The position numbers and the translations under genes were made by a program. A DNA stretch of 64,000 nucleotides, from positions 15,060 to 79,059 of the forward strand of contig JALGXW010000011.1 in the NCBI GenBank assembly GCA_029821875.1. Direction: 5' to 3'. Below the pieces are notes generated by a model. The model was not told the DNA's origin and searched no databases. It worked only from the letters and a program-made list of their open reading frames with translations. This DNA is from Candidatus Hebobacterum abditum (GTDB lineage Bacteria; Armatimonadota; Hebobacteria; Hebobacterales; Hebobacteraceae). This document shows, piece after piece, positions 1 to 9,034 of the stretch (the first letter of the stretch is position 1; each line of letters begins with the position of its first letter).

Positions 1-250
1 CGTCGCCCGCGTTGTATCGGCGCGTGCCCTCGGGAGTGCTGATGTCACACCACCCCGTTATCACGACACCCCACTCACCGTAAGGATGGCTGTGCTCGCC
101 GCTCTCATAGGCATCCTTGGAATGCCAGAATACAACCTGCTGCGCCGGCCCCTGCACCATCCATCCCTTTACTGGCAGCGACTTGTCGTAGGGGAACAGC
201 ACCCGTGCCAGGTTTCGAAAGATCTCGGCGAAGTCCAGCTCTTCTTCCAT
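1..250 (-). CDS. cupin domain protein (partial, 3' end runs off the window)
   Basis: Hand translation of the minus strand from ATG at 250 gives MEEELDFAEIFRNLARVLFPYDKSLPVKGWMVQGPAQQVVFWHSKDAYESGEHSHPYGEWGVVITGWCDISTPEGTRRYNAGD with no stop before position 1. It carries the cupin motif G-x-HxH-x3-E-x6-G. Alternative in-frame starts exist at 265 and 364. This ORF is absent from the track because it has no stop in the window. Confidence 0.55.
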   Translation of the reverse strand, partial: MEEELDFAEIFRNLARVLFPYDKSLPVKGWMVQGPAQQVVFWHSKDAYESGEHSHPYGEWGVVITGWCDISTPEGTRRYNAGD

Positions 251-901
251 AGCTGCATCCCCCATCTGGCCGTCGATACAGCGGCCGCACGCGCCAGCCT
301 TCGGCCGCACCGAACATTCGCCCGGTTTCCTGCCTCGTGGCCAATCGCGGCGCATGCGCGCCATCGCGTGCTCGCCGTCCACGGAAGTCTTCCACGAGCT
401 TGTCTGCCTCTCCTGGGGTGTCAGAAGAGCCCCAGCCGCGCGTCATTTGACCTGTCCACCCGAAACCTGGTATAGTTAGGGTGAACGGATTGAACAGCGA
501 GGGAACCCGCCGGCTCTGCTGCCGTGGAGGGGCTCGCCAAGGCAACCGTGTTCTGTTGTCTTCCCCGCTGATTCCCTGAGACATGCGCTACCGGCGTCTC
601 AGCGGCGCGGGGCACTCAGCACTCTTGGCCGGCGCGGCCGGCTCGGGCGAGCCAGGTTGCGGGCCGCCAGTAGTGGTCTCTCCGGAGGGCTTCCTCCTAC
701 ATAACGCGATCGTGGTGGCCGCGCGTGGGCGCGGCACTGCTGTCAGTGGCTGAGGAGAAGCTGGATCACTGCCGCTTACTCAGTGAGCAGTATCGGGCAG
801 ACAAACCGTTGCCGCTGATTGGCCGAAGCAGGAGCGTGTGACAGTCCGCGCGGGAGTCGGCTTGAGCGCCCGCGGGATATGGTGAAGGGAGTTGATGCGC
901 A

Positions 902-2356
902 ATGGCAGGGATGGTCGGGATCATCGGAACACCTGACACTGAATGGGTGCAGAGCAGCCTCAATACCATCGCTTACCGGGGGGGCGCGGGGGAGGCCGTC
1001 TTCCGGCACGACGGCGCCGTCGTAGGTCAGGTGTGGCCGGCAGCCCAGGGAGCATTCGCGACGGGAGCGGATGGCCACTCAGTGGCGTTGGATGGTGAAG
1101 TGCACAACTGGACCGAACTGTCGGTCGGCAGCACCTGCGCGCTTGAGGCGATCGAAACTGCCTACGAAGTCAGAGGGCCTGAGTTCGTGTCGCACCTCGA
1201 CGGCCCCTTTGCCCTAGCGGTGGCCGGACCCGACGGTACCCTACTCGCGCGTGACCGGGTCGGGAAGTCGCCACTCTATCTCCAGAAACCTGGCAACGGA
1301 CATGTTCGCTTCGCCTCCGAGGCGAAGGCCCTGATAGGCGGAGAGGGGGAGATCACGGAGTTCCCTCCGGGCCATTACTACACAGCCGATGGCGGTCTCG
1401 TCAGGTTCGCGCGCATCCAGACGCGCCCTCCCGTCGATCTCCCGGAGGATGAAGTGGCGGAGGAGCTCCGTGGCAGGCTCGTCGCCTCCGTCGAAAAGAG
1501 GCTGAGCACTGGTGAGGTAGGGGCGTGGCTTTCCGGGGGGATCGATTCCGCCAGCCTGACGGCACTGGCCCGTCGACAGGTGCCGGAACTGAAGACGTTC
1601 GCGGCGGGTGTCGAAGGAGCGCCCGACCTCGAGTACGCACAGATGGTGTCGGAGTTTGTCGGGACAGAGCACCACGAGCGCATCTGCGGTCTCAGGGAGA
1701 TGCTCGAGATACTACCTGCCGTCGTCTACTACCTGGAGTCTTTCGACGCGCTGTTGGTTCGCTCGAGCATCACCAACTTCTTGGTGGGACGACTGGCGTC
1801 CGAGCATGTTCCGGCCGTCCTTTCGGGCGAGGGTGGGGATGAGCTTTTCGCCGGCTACGCGTACCTGAAGCGGCTGGAGCCCTCTGAGCTGCCGGGCGAG
1901 CTCGTAGACATCACGCGCCGCCTGCACAACACCGCCCTGCAGCGCGTCGATCGGTGCTCGGCGAGTCACGGTCTGGTGGCGAGGACTGCTTTCCTCGATC
2001 AGGACGTGCTGGATTACGCGCTGCAAATACCGGCCGCGATGAAGATCCGCGACAACGGGTCCATCGTCGAGAAGTGGATTCTCCGCCGCGCTGTTGACGG
2101 TCTTCTGCCCGAGGAGGTCCTCAACCGGACAAAGTCCAAGTTCTGGCAGGGCGCGGGCGTGGGCGAGCAACTGCAGGCGTATGCTGAAGAGATCATCTCC
2201 GACGCTGAGTTCGCGGCGGAGAGAGAACTGCCGGACGGCTTGACCATCAACACGAAGGAAGAGCTCTACTACTACCGGATCTTCCGAGACATCTTCGGAT
2301 CGCAGTTGGGCGCGGGGCTAGTCGGAAGGACAAAGGGCGCTCCGGCAGAGAAGTAA
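902..2356 (+). CDS. asparagine synthetase (AsnB) family protein
   Basis: 484-aa ORF with PP-loop motif AWLSGGIDSASL and SGEGGDELFAGY, typical of the Asn synthase domain. The N-terminus MAGMVGIIG lacks the Cys2 nucleophile of class II amidotransferases. Confidence 0.85.
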   Translation: MAGMVGIIGTPDTEWVQSSLNTIAYRGGAGEAVFRHDGAVVGQVWPAAQGAFATGADGHSVALDGEVHNWTELSVGSTCALEAIETAYEVRGPEFVSHLDGPFALAVAGPDGTLLARDRVGKSPLYLQKPGNGHVRFASEAKALIGGEGEITEFPPGHYYTADGGLVRFARIQTRPPVDLPEDEVAEELRGRLVASVEKRLSTGEVGAWLSGGIDSASLTALARRQVPELKTFAAGVEGAPDLEYAQMVSEFVGTEHHERICGLREMLEILPAVVYYLESFDALLVRSSITNFLVGRLASEHVPAVLSGEGGDELFAGYAYLKRLEPSELPGELVDITRRLHNTALQRVDRCSASHGLVARTAFLDQDVLDYALQIPAAMKIRDNGSIVEKWILRRAVDGLLPEEVLNRTKSKFWQGAGVGEQLQAYAEEIISDAEFAAERELPDGLTINTKEELYYYRIFRDIFGSQLGAGLVGRTKGAPAEK

Positions 2357-2414
2357 CGCCAGGCCGGGCTCGCGACGGAGGCGAAGCGCGCCTGGACGAG
2401 AGGCCGAGCATTAG

Positions 2415-4040
2415 ATGCGAGGAGTTGGTTCTCGGGGCGGGCACACGCGGCGGGACTTCCTCAAGCGGAGCGTAGGGGCACTGGCCGTTGTCGGGGCTGG
2501 CCCAAGCCTGCTGACTGGCCTCCTCGCGGGGTGCGGGCGGCGGCAGGCGGGGCAGCGCGCCCTGCGAGCAGATCTGGTCAGAGGAGCGCTCTCCGTTGCA
2601 CTCGATGCTGATGTCCAGACGCTCGACCCCGCCATGCACCGCTCCCGCACCGTCGAGGCCGTGGTCAGGAACGTCTGCGATGGGCTCGTCGCTCGCGATG
2701 CGGAGATGCGCTACGTCCCCCAGCTTGCGGAGTCGTGGGAGCTGGAGGGCGATACGCGCTGGGTCTTCAGGTTGAGGAAGGGCGTAACGTTCCACGACGG
2801 ATCTGCCTTCACCGCTGACGACGTCAAGTTCACCATCGACCGGATCATCGGCGCGATCCCCGGACTGCCGCCATCCCCGAGGAAGGATCTCCTCGGCCCG
2901 GTGACCGGGACAGAGGTCCTGGACGCGCACACGGTTGCCATCATCACCGACGGGCCGTACCCGATCCTCCACAAGAAGCTCGTCTTCCAGGAGATCTGCC
3001 CGCGGGCCTACTTCGAGGAGGTCGGCCCCGATGAATTCGCGCGGAAGCCCATCGGTACGGGGCCGTTCCGCTTGGTGGAATGGATCGCCGGCGAGCGCAT
3101 TGTCGTCGAGCGATTCGACGAGTACTACGGCGGCTCACCGGAGGTCCCTCCGGTCGAGCCTGCCAAGCTGGCCGGCGTCATCTTCCGTCCCCTCGAAGAG
3201 GCGGCCACGCGGCTGGTATCGCTCGAGGCGCAGGAGGTCGACGTGGCGGTCAACGTCCCTTCGGATCAGGCCGACAGAGTCGACACATTCCCGACTGCCC
3301 ATCTCTCCGTGGCGCAGGGAACGCGGACTCACTTCGTTGGGCTCAACTGCGCGCGGAAGCCGTTCTCCGACCGGCGCGTGCGAGAGGCAATGAGGCATGC
3401 TGTGGATCCCAAGCCGATCGTCGAACAGTTCCTTCTGGGCCGTGCACGCGCCCTCCCAGGTATGCTCGTGCCGATGGCCTTCAGCTACGACGAGTCGCTG
3501 CCCGAGCCCAGACAGGATCCGGGAAGGGCACGGGCCCTGCTCCGGCAGGCTGGCTATGCAGACGGGTTGGAGGTAACGTTGGACTGCGAGGCAACGGACA
3601 AGCGGATGGCGGAGGCCATCGCGGGGGTCATGGCGGGAGCCGGCGTCCGCGCGGAGGTCAGGGTCTGGAAGAAAGACAACTTGTTGAATCAACTGCGGCG
3701 TCAGGAGCGAGACATGTTCCTCACCTCCTGGGGCAACTCGAGTCTGGATCCCTCCGGCATTCTTCCCGTTCTGTTCAGGTCGGACGGCTATTCGAATTTC
3801 TTCGGGTACCGGAACGGAACGGTAGACAGGCTTCTGGAGGAGGCGGACCGGGCGATGGATCCCGAGGTGCGCGCCCGGAAGTATGTCGAGGTGCAGCGCA
3901 TTCTTCATGCGGACATTCCGACATGCTTCCACTTCGCTCAGGAAGAGCTGTACGGCGTCTCGGACCGAGTGAGCAACTTCCGCGCCCGGCCCGATGGCAT
4001 GCTCCCGATGCATGACGTGTCCCTTGCCGACGAAGCCTAG
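2415..4040 (+). CDS. ABC transporter substrate-binding protein, family 5 (peptide/nickel type)
   Basis: Tat-like signal RRDFLKRSVGALAVVGAG. Length of 541 aa and overall pattern fit DppA/OppA-like binding proteins. It is the first gene of a permease/ATPase operon. Confidence 0.9.
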   Translation: MRGVGSRGGHTRRDFLKRSVGALAVVGAGPSLLTGLLAGCGRRQAGQRALRADLVRGALSVALDADVQTLDPAMHRSRTVEAVVRNVCDGLVARDAEMRYVPQLAESWELEGDTRWVFRLRKGVTFHDGSAFTADDVKFTIDRIIGAIPGLPPSPRKDLLGPVTGTEVLDAHTVAIITDGPYPILHKKLVFQEICPRAYFEEVGPDEFARKPIGTGPFRLVEWIAGERIVVERFDEYYGGSPEVPPVEPAKLAGVIFRPLEEAATRLVSLEAQEVDVAVNVPSDQADRVDTFPTAHLSVAQGTRTHFVGLNCARKPFSDRRVREAMRHAVDPKPIVEQFLLGRARALPGMLVPMAFSYDESLPEPRQDPGRARALLRQAGYADGLEVTLDCEATDKRMAEAIAGVMAGAGVRAEVRVWKKDNLLNQLRRQERDMFLTSWGNSSLDPSGILPVLFRSDGYSNFFGYRNGTVDRLLEEADRAMDPEVRARKYVEVQRILHADIPTCFHFAQEELYGVSDRVSNFRARPDGMLPMHDVSLADEA

Positions 4041-4052
4041 GCCTGCGAGAAC

Positions 4053-5069
4053 ATGTGGGGCCGGTTTGTAGGACATCGGCTGCTGCAGCTCATCCCGGTT
4101 CTGATCGGGGTGAGCTTCATCGTGTTCCTCACGATGCATCTGACGCCGGGGGATCCGATAGAGCACATGCTGGGCCAGGCGGGCCGGATCACCCAGGCAC
4201 AGATCGACGAACTCCGCTCCCACTACGGGCTCGACCGCCCGCTGTTGGTTCAGTACGGGCTCTTCCTGGGGAATGCGGCCGTCGGCGACTTCGGCCCGTC
4301 ATACAGCCATCAGGGGAGATCGGTCTCCCAGGTGGTGGCGGAGAGATTCCCTGCCACCCTCGAGCTAACACTGTTCGCCTTCGCGCTCGGGATCATGCTC
4401 GCAATCCCCGCCGGCGTCGTCGCCTCGCTGCGGCCCCATGGTCGGTTCGACCGCACTGCGACCGTGACCGCGCTGCTCGGCATTTCGATGCCGGGCTTCT
4501 GGCTCGGGATCATGCTTATGATCGTCTTCGGACTTCGGCTGCAGTGGCTCCCGATTTCCGGCCGCATCGACCTGGCATTAGTGCCCCAGTATGTCACCGG
4601 GCTCCATACGGTGGACTCTCTACTTGCCGGCGACGGAGCCGCGTTCTGGAGCGCGCTCAAGCACCTGGCATTGCCCGGTCTGGCGATGGCCGCTCCGATG
4701 GCCGCTATGGTCATGCGGATGGTCCGATCGTCGATGATCGGTGTACTCGGCCAGGACTACGTGCAGTTCGCGCGCGCGAAAGGCCTGCCCGAGAGAGACG
4801 TCATCGGGAAGCATGCGCTGAGGAACGCACTCATTCCAACCGTGAATATCGTTGCGCTCCAGACCGGTTTACTCCTGAGCGGGAACATGATCATCGAGAC
4901 AGTCTTCCAGTACCCGGGCCTCGGGAAGCTGGCCGTCGACGCCATCGCTGCGGCGGACTATCCGCTGGTACAAGCGGTCGTGCTGATCTATGCCGTCTCG
5001 TACGTGCTCCTGAACCTGGCCGCGGACGTGCTGCATGCCGCGCTGGACCCTCGTGTGCGGCTTGCATGA
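4053..5069 (+). CDS. ABC transporter permease (DppB/OppB-like)
   Basis: 338 aa. N-terminus RLLQLIPVLIGVSFIVFLTMHLTPGDP is typical of DppB/OppB, and the protein has multiple TM segments. Confidence 0.9.
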   Translation: MWGRFVGHRLLQLIPVLIGVSFIVFLTMHLTPGDPIEHMLGQAGRITQAQIDELRSHYGLDRPLLVQYGLFLGNAAVGDFGPSYSHQGRSVSQVVAERFPATLELTLFAFALGIMLAIPAGVVASLRPHGRFDRTATVTALLGISMPGFWLGIMLMIVFGLRLQWLPISGRIDLALVPQYVTGLHTVDSLLAGDGAAFWSALKHLALPGLAMAAPMAAMVMRMVRSSMIGVLGQDYVQFARAKGLPERDVIGKHALRNALIPTVNIVALQTGLLLSGNMIIETVFQYPGLGKLAVDAIAAADYPLVQAVVLIYAVSYVLLNLAADVLHAALDPRVRLA

Positions 5070-5084
5070 AGGCTGAGCGCGCGA

Positions 5085-5984
5085 ATGTCACAGTCAGTTA
5101 CTGAAGACGAGATTCTCGCACCCGTCGCGGGAACGGCGCCGGGGATGCTCCGGCTGCTCGTGGGTAACCGCGTCGCGGTCGCCGCAGGCATTGTCGTATT
5201 GCTGTTCGTGGCGGCAGGGCTCCTGGCGCCTGCGATTGCGCCGCACGATCCGAATCTGCAGGATCCAAGCGCGATCCGCGTGCCGCCGTTCTGGCAGTCG
5301 GGCGGAAGCAGCACCTACCTGCTTGGGACGGACAGCTTGGGTCGCGACCTGTTGAGCCGCATGCTCTACGGTGCCAGGATCTCCATCCTGCTCGGCGTCG
5401 CCGTCGTGCTCATCACATTGCTCGTCGGCACTGCCCTCGGGATGGCCGCTGGCTACTTCCGCGGCTGGTTCGACGCAGTCATGTCACGCGTCGTCGACAC
5501 GCTGCTCGCCTTCCCGTTCCTCATCTTCGCGCTCGCCATCATGGCGGCGACTGGGCCGAATCTGGTCGCTCTCGTGCTCGCGCTGGCCTTCAAGGGCTGG
5601 GTGGACTTCTACCGCGTTGCCCGGGGAGACGTCTTGGCCGCGCGGGAGGCCGACTACGTCGCAGCGGCGCGCGGCCTCGGTGCCAGCACACCGTACATTC
5701 TCCTCGGCGAGATTCTGCCGAACATTATCCCACCTCTGATAGTGCTGGCGACGCTGCGGATGGCCACCATCATCATCGCGGAGGCGTCGCTCAGCTTCCT
5801 GGGGATCGGAGTTCCCCCGAGCATACCGGCCTGGGGCACGATGGTGTCCGACGGGCGCGCAGATGTGGTCAGCGCCTGGTGGATCGCCACGTTCCCCGGA
5901 CTGGCTATTCTGCTGCTCGTGCTGTCGGTTAACCTGTTCGGAGAGGGACTGCGGGACGTGCTCGACCCGCGTATGAGAAGATGA
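5085..5984 (+). CDS. ABC transporter permease (DppC/OppC-like)
   Basis: 299 aa with the LGTDSLGRDLLSRMLYGARISILLG motif typical of DppC/OppC. Confidence 0.9.
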   Translation: MSQSVTEDEILAPVAGTAPGMLRLLVGNRVAVAAGIVVLLFVAAGLLAPAIAPHDPNLQDPSAIRVPPFWQSGGSSTYLLGTDSLGRDLLSRMLYGARISILLGVAVVLITLLVGTALGMAAGYFRGWFDAVMSRVVDTLLAFPFLIFALAIMAATGPNLVALVLALAFKGWVDFYRVARGDVLAAREADYVAAARGLGASTPYILLGEILPNIIPPLIVLATLRMATIIIAEASLSFLGIGVPPSIPAWGTMVSDGRADVVSAWWIATFPGLAILLLVLSVNLFGEGLRDVLDPRMRR

Positions 5985-6985
5985 TGAGGCAGCCTCTGCT
6001 AGAGGTCCAACATCTCCGCACCCGCTTCGAGACCTACCGTGGCACGCTTCGCGCGGTGGACGGCGTCAGCCTCACGGTCAGCCGGGGTGAGACAGTTGCG
6101 CTCGTCGGCGAAAGTGGCTGCGGCAAGAGCGTTGCCGCCCTGTCGATCATGCGTCTGATCCGGCCGCCAGGACGGATCGCAGGCGGCCGGGTCATCCTTG
6201 ACGGCCGGGACCTGCTTGAGGCGTCGGAAGTCGAGATGCGCGGCATTCGCGGCGGCCGCATCGCCATGGTGTTCCAAGACCCGCTGTCCACTCTCAACCC
6301 AACGTTCACCGTCGAGAGTCAGGTCACGGAGACGCTCCGCGTCCACCGCGTGGCGGCCGGCGCGCAGGCGCGAGACCGAGCGATCGAGCTTCTCGACGCG
6401 ATGGGCATTCCGGCACCAAGGGAGCGTCTGCGGAGCTACCCGCACGAGTTGAGCGGCGGAATGCGGCAGCGGGTCATGATAGCCATCGCCGTCTCCTGTC
6501 AGCCTGAGGTCCTCATCGCCGACGAGCCGACCACGGCCCTAGACGTCACCCTGCAAGCCCAGATCATGGACCTCCTCGCCACGATCAAGGAGGAGCGCGG
6601 CCTCGCCACCGTACTCATCACTCACGACCTGGGTATTGTGGCCCAGTTCGCGGAGAAGGCGGCCGTAATGTACGCGGGGCAGATCGTCGAAGAATGCCCC
6701 GTATCGCGTCTCATGGAGGAGCCGCTCCATCCCTATACCAGCGGCCTCCTGCGTTGCGTCCCCAGGCTGGGCCGGCCCGACGTTCCGATAACTCCGATAG
6801 AGGGGACGGTGCCCGATCTCGTCAGCCTTCCGGCCGGGTGCCGCTTCGCGCCTCGGTGCCCCAAGGTCATGGCGCGCTGTCGGCAGGCCATGCCGCCTCC
6901 GTACGAGGTCGACGCGCAGCGCCTCGTTCGCTGCTTCCTCTATGCTGGTGCCGACACCGCCTCCGCTGCCGAAGAGGAAGATTAA
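5981..6985 (+). CDS. ABC transporter ATP-binding protein (DppD/OppD-like)
   Basis: Walker A GESGCGKS, signature LSGGMRQR, Walker B LIADEPTTALD, and the C-terminal oligopeptide-type extension. 4-nt overlap with the upstream permease. Confidence 0.9.
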   Translation: MMRQPLLEVQHLRTRFETYRGTLRAVDGVSLTVSRGETVALVGESGCGKSVAALSIMRLIRPPGRIAGGRVILDGRDLLEASEVEMRGIRGGRIAMVFQDPLSTLNPTFTVESQVTETLRVHRVAAGAQARDRAIELLDAMGIPAPRERLRSYPHELSGGMRQRVMIAIAVSCQPEVLIADEPTTALDVTLQAQIMDLLATIKEERGLATVLITHDLGIVAQFAEKAAVMYAGQIVEECPVSRLMEEPLHPYTSGLLRCVPRLGRPDVPITPIEGTVPDLVSLPAGCRFAPRCPKVMARCRQAMPPPYEVDAQRLVRCFLYAGADTASAAEEED

Positions 6986-9027
6986 TGTCGAGGCACGTCG
7001 GCGTTGACATCGGCGGGACATTCACGGACGTCGCTGCCGTCGATCTCGACTCGGGAGAGAGCCACTTCCGCAAGCTGCCGTCAACGCCCGCGAATCCTGC
7101 GGACGGCGCTGCTGCGGGGCTGGCCGCCTTGTCGGCAGAGGTCCCGCTGGCGGACGTCAGCTTCTTCGCGCACGGCACCACCGCCGGGACGAATGCCCTG
7201 ATCGAAGGGAAGGGCGCGCGGACCGCTCTGATCACGACCGAGGGATTCCGAGATCTGTTGGAGATCGCCCGCCAGCGGCGGCCCGCGCTGTACGATCTGC
7301 TCGCACGCAAGCCGCGCCCGCTTGTGCCCCGTCGATGGCGTCGAGAAGCCGCGGAGCGCCTCCGGTCTGACGGCTCGGCCGTGCGCGCGCTGGATGCCGA
7401 ATCACTCGAGAGGGAGTTGAACTTCCTCAAGCAGGAGGGGATCGAATCACTCGCCATCTGTTTGCTTCACTCCTACGCGAACTCCTCGCATGAGCGCGAG
7501 ATCCGTGCCCTTGCCGAAGACCTCCTGCCGGGCATCTACGTCACAGCGTCTTCTGATCTTCTCCCCCGGTTTCGCGAGTACGAGCGTTTGAGCACAACGG
7601 TCGTCAACGCTTATCTGGGCCCCTTAATGAGCCGCTATCTCATCGCTCTCGGTGAGAGGACGGCGGCGGCGGGAGTGCGCGTGCCACCCCATGTTATACA
7701 GTCCAACGGCGGCCTCTACCCGCTGGCGGAGGCCAGTCGCGTGCCGGCCGCGACCATTCTCTCCGGGCCCGCAGCCGGGGCGACCTCGGCGGCGAGCCTG
7801 TGCGCTCGATTGGGCATCGAACGCGCTATCTCGATGGACATGGGCGGCACGAGTACTGACGTCTGCCTGATCGACGGGGGACTGCCGGCCGCCGCCTCGG
7901 GACGAGAAGTGGCCGGATATGCCGTCGAACTCCCGGGCGTGGACGTCCGGTGCATAGGCGCGGGCGGGGGAAGCATCATCGCGGTCGATCCCGGCCGCCT
8001 TCTTCAGGTCGGCCCGCGAAGCGCCGGCGCGGAGCCGGGGCCGGTGTGCTATGGGCGCGGGGGCGCTGAGCCGACGCTCACGGACGCCCTCTTGGTGTTA
8101 GGCAGGCTTGCCCAGGCAGGCTTGCTCGGGGGCGAGATGCCTCTCGACGCGACGAGTGCGCTGAAGGTTGTTGGCGAGCGGGTGGCCGAGCCGCTCGGCC
8201 TGACGACGGAGCAGGCCGCGGGGGGAGCAGTCGAGGTCGCCGTCGCGAACATCTGCCGCGCAGTCGAATCACTGACAGTGGCCCAGGGACACGACCCACG
8301 CGAGTTCCGGCTTATCGCCGCGGGGGGCGCGGGGCCGCTGATCGCCTGCGAGGTCGCGAAGACGCTTGCGATCGAGGAGGTGATAGTGCCGGACCATCCG
8401 GGGAGCTTCTCGGCGAACGGGCTGCTGGTCAGCGACATCCGCCGAGACTGGGTGAGGACGCAGTTCATGCGCGCCGATGGGACGGCTCTGTCCGTCCTGA
8501 CAGAAGGGCTCCGACAGTTGGAGCAGGCGGCCCGTGACTGGCTGGCAGAGAACGCCCTCGCTGACCATCCGTTCGTCACGCTGCGGAGTGTCTCCGCTCG
8601 CTACGAGGGACAGGACTACGAGCTCGATGTGGCGGTGCCGAGCGGGAAGATCGATCGGCGCGCTCTCGCCACGATCACGGCCGCTTTCCATTCGGCCCAC
8701 GAGCAGCGCTATGGCTACCGCCTGTCCGGTCAGAATGTCGAGTTCGTCGATCTGCGCGTGGCCGCCATCGCTGATGTTCCTGCTCCCCGCCGGGCCGCAT
8801 CAGTAGGTGGCAGGCGCGTTCCCGAGCCGACGAACATGAGGACGGTCTACCTCAAACAGAGGGGGGCACAGGTGCAGTGCCCAGTCTACGAACGAGGGGA
8901 GCTTGTCGCTGGGTGCTCGGTGGACGGGCCGGCGATAATCGAGCAATATGATTCGACGACGTACATCCCACCGGGAAGCACAGCGCGGGTCGAGGCCGAT
9001 GGCGACTTGCGCATCACGTCAAGGTGA
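6985..9027 (+). CDS. hydantoinase/oxoprolinase family protein, A subunit type
   Basis: Within the 6694..9027 ORF, ATG at 6985 (TAATG overlap with the preceding stop) gives MSRHVGVDIGGTFTDV, the canonical HyuA N-terminus. The upstream 97 codons overlap the ATPase gene and are rejected. Confidence 0.85.
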   Translation: MSRHVGVDIGGTFTDVAAVDLDSGESHFRKLPSTPANPADGAAAGLAALSAEVPLADVSFFAHGTTAGTNALIEGKGARTALITTEGFRDLLEIARQRRPALYDLLARKPRPLVPRRWRREAAERLRSDGSAVRALDAESLERELNFLKQEGIESLAICLLHSYANSSHEREIRALAEDLLPGIYVTASSDLLPRFREYERLSTTVVNAYLGPLMSRYLIALGERTAAAGVRVPPHVIQSNGGLYPLAEASRVPAATILSGPAAGATSAASLCARLGIERAISMDMGGTSTDVCLIDGGLPAAASGREVAGYAVELPGVDVRCIGAGGGSIIAVDPGRLLQVGPRSAGAEPGPVCYGRGGAEPTLTDALLVLGRLAQAGLLGGEMPLDATSALKVVGERVAEPLGLTTEQAAGGAVEVAVANICRAVESLTVAQGHDPREFRLIAAGGAGPLIACEVAKTLAIEEVIVPDHPGSFSANGLLVSDIRRDWVRTQFMRADGTALSVLTEGLRQLEQAARDWLAENALADHPFVTLRSVSARYEGQDYELDVAVPSGKIDRRALATITAAFHSAHEQRYGYRLSGQNVEFVDLRVAAIADVPAPRRAASVGGRRVPEPTNMRTVYLKQRGAQVQCPVYERGELVAGCSVDGPAIIEQYDSTTYIPPGSTARVEADGDLRITSR

Positions 9028-9034
9028 CACAGCC

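Noticed and set aside
86-584. 129-aa (+) and 159-aa (-) track ORFs at the left edge
   Set aside because: Neither translation looks protein-like throughout. A third frame on the minus strand gives a clean cupin motif and is preferred.
3080-4223. 311-aa (+) and 362-aa (-) ORFs inside the substrate-binding protein gene
   Set aside because: They are alternative frame and antisense to a clear family-5 SBP, with Arg/Gly-rich nonsense composition.
6694-6984. 97-codon N-terminal extension of the hyuA-like ORF
   Set aside because: It lies entirely inside the preceding ABC ATPase gene. The canonical HyuA N-terminus starts at the TAATG junction (6985).
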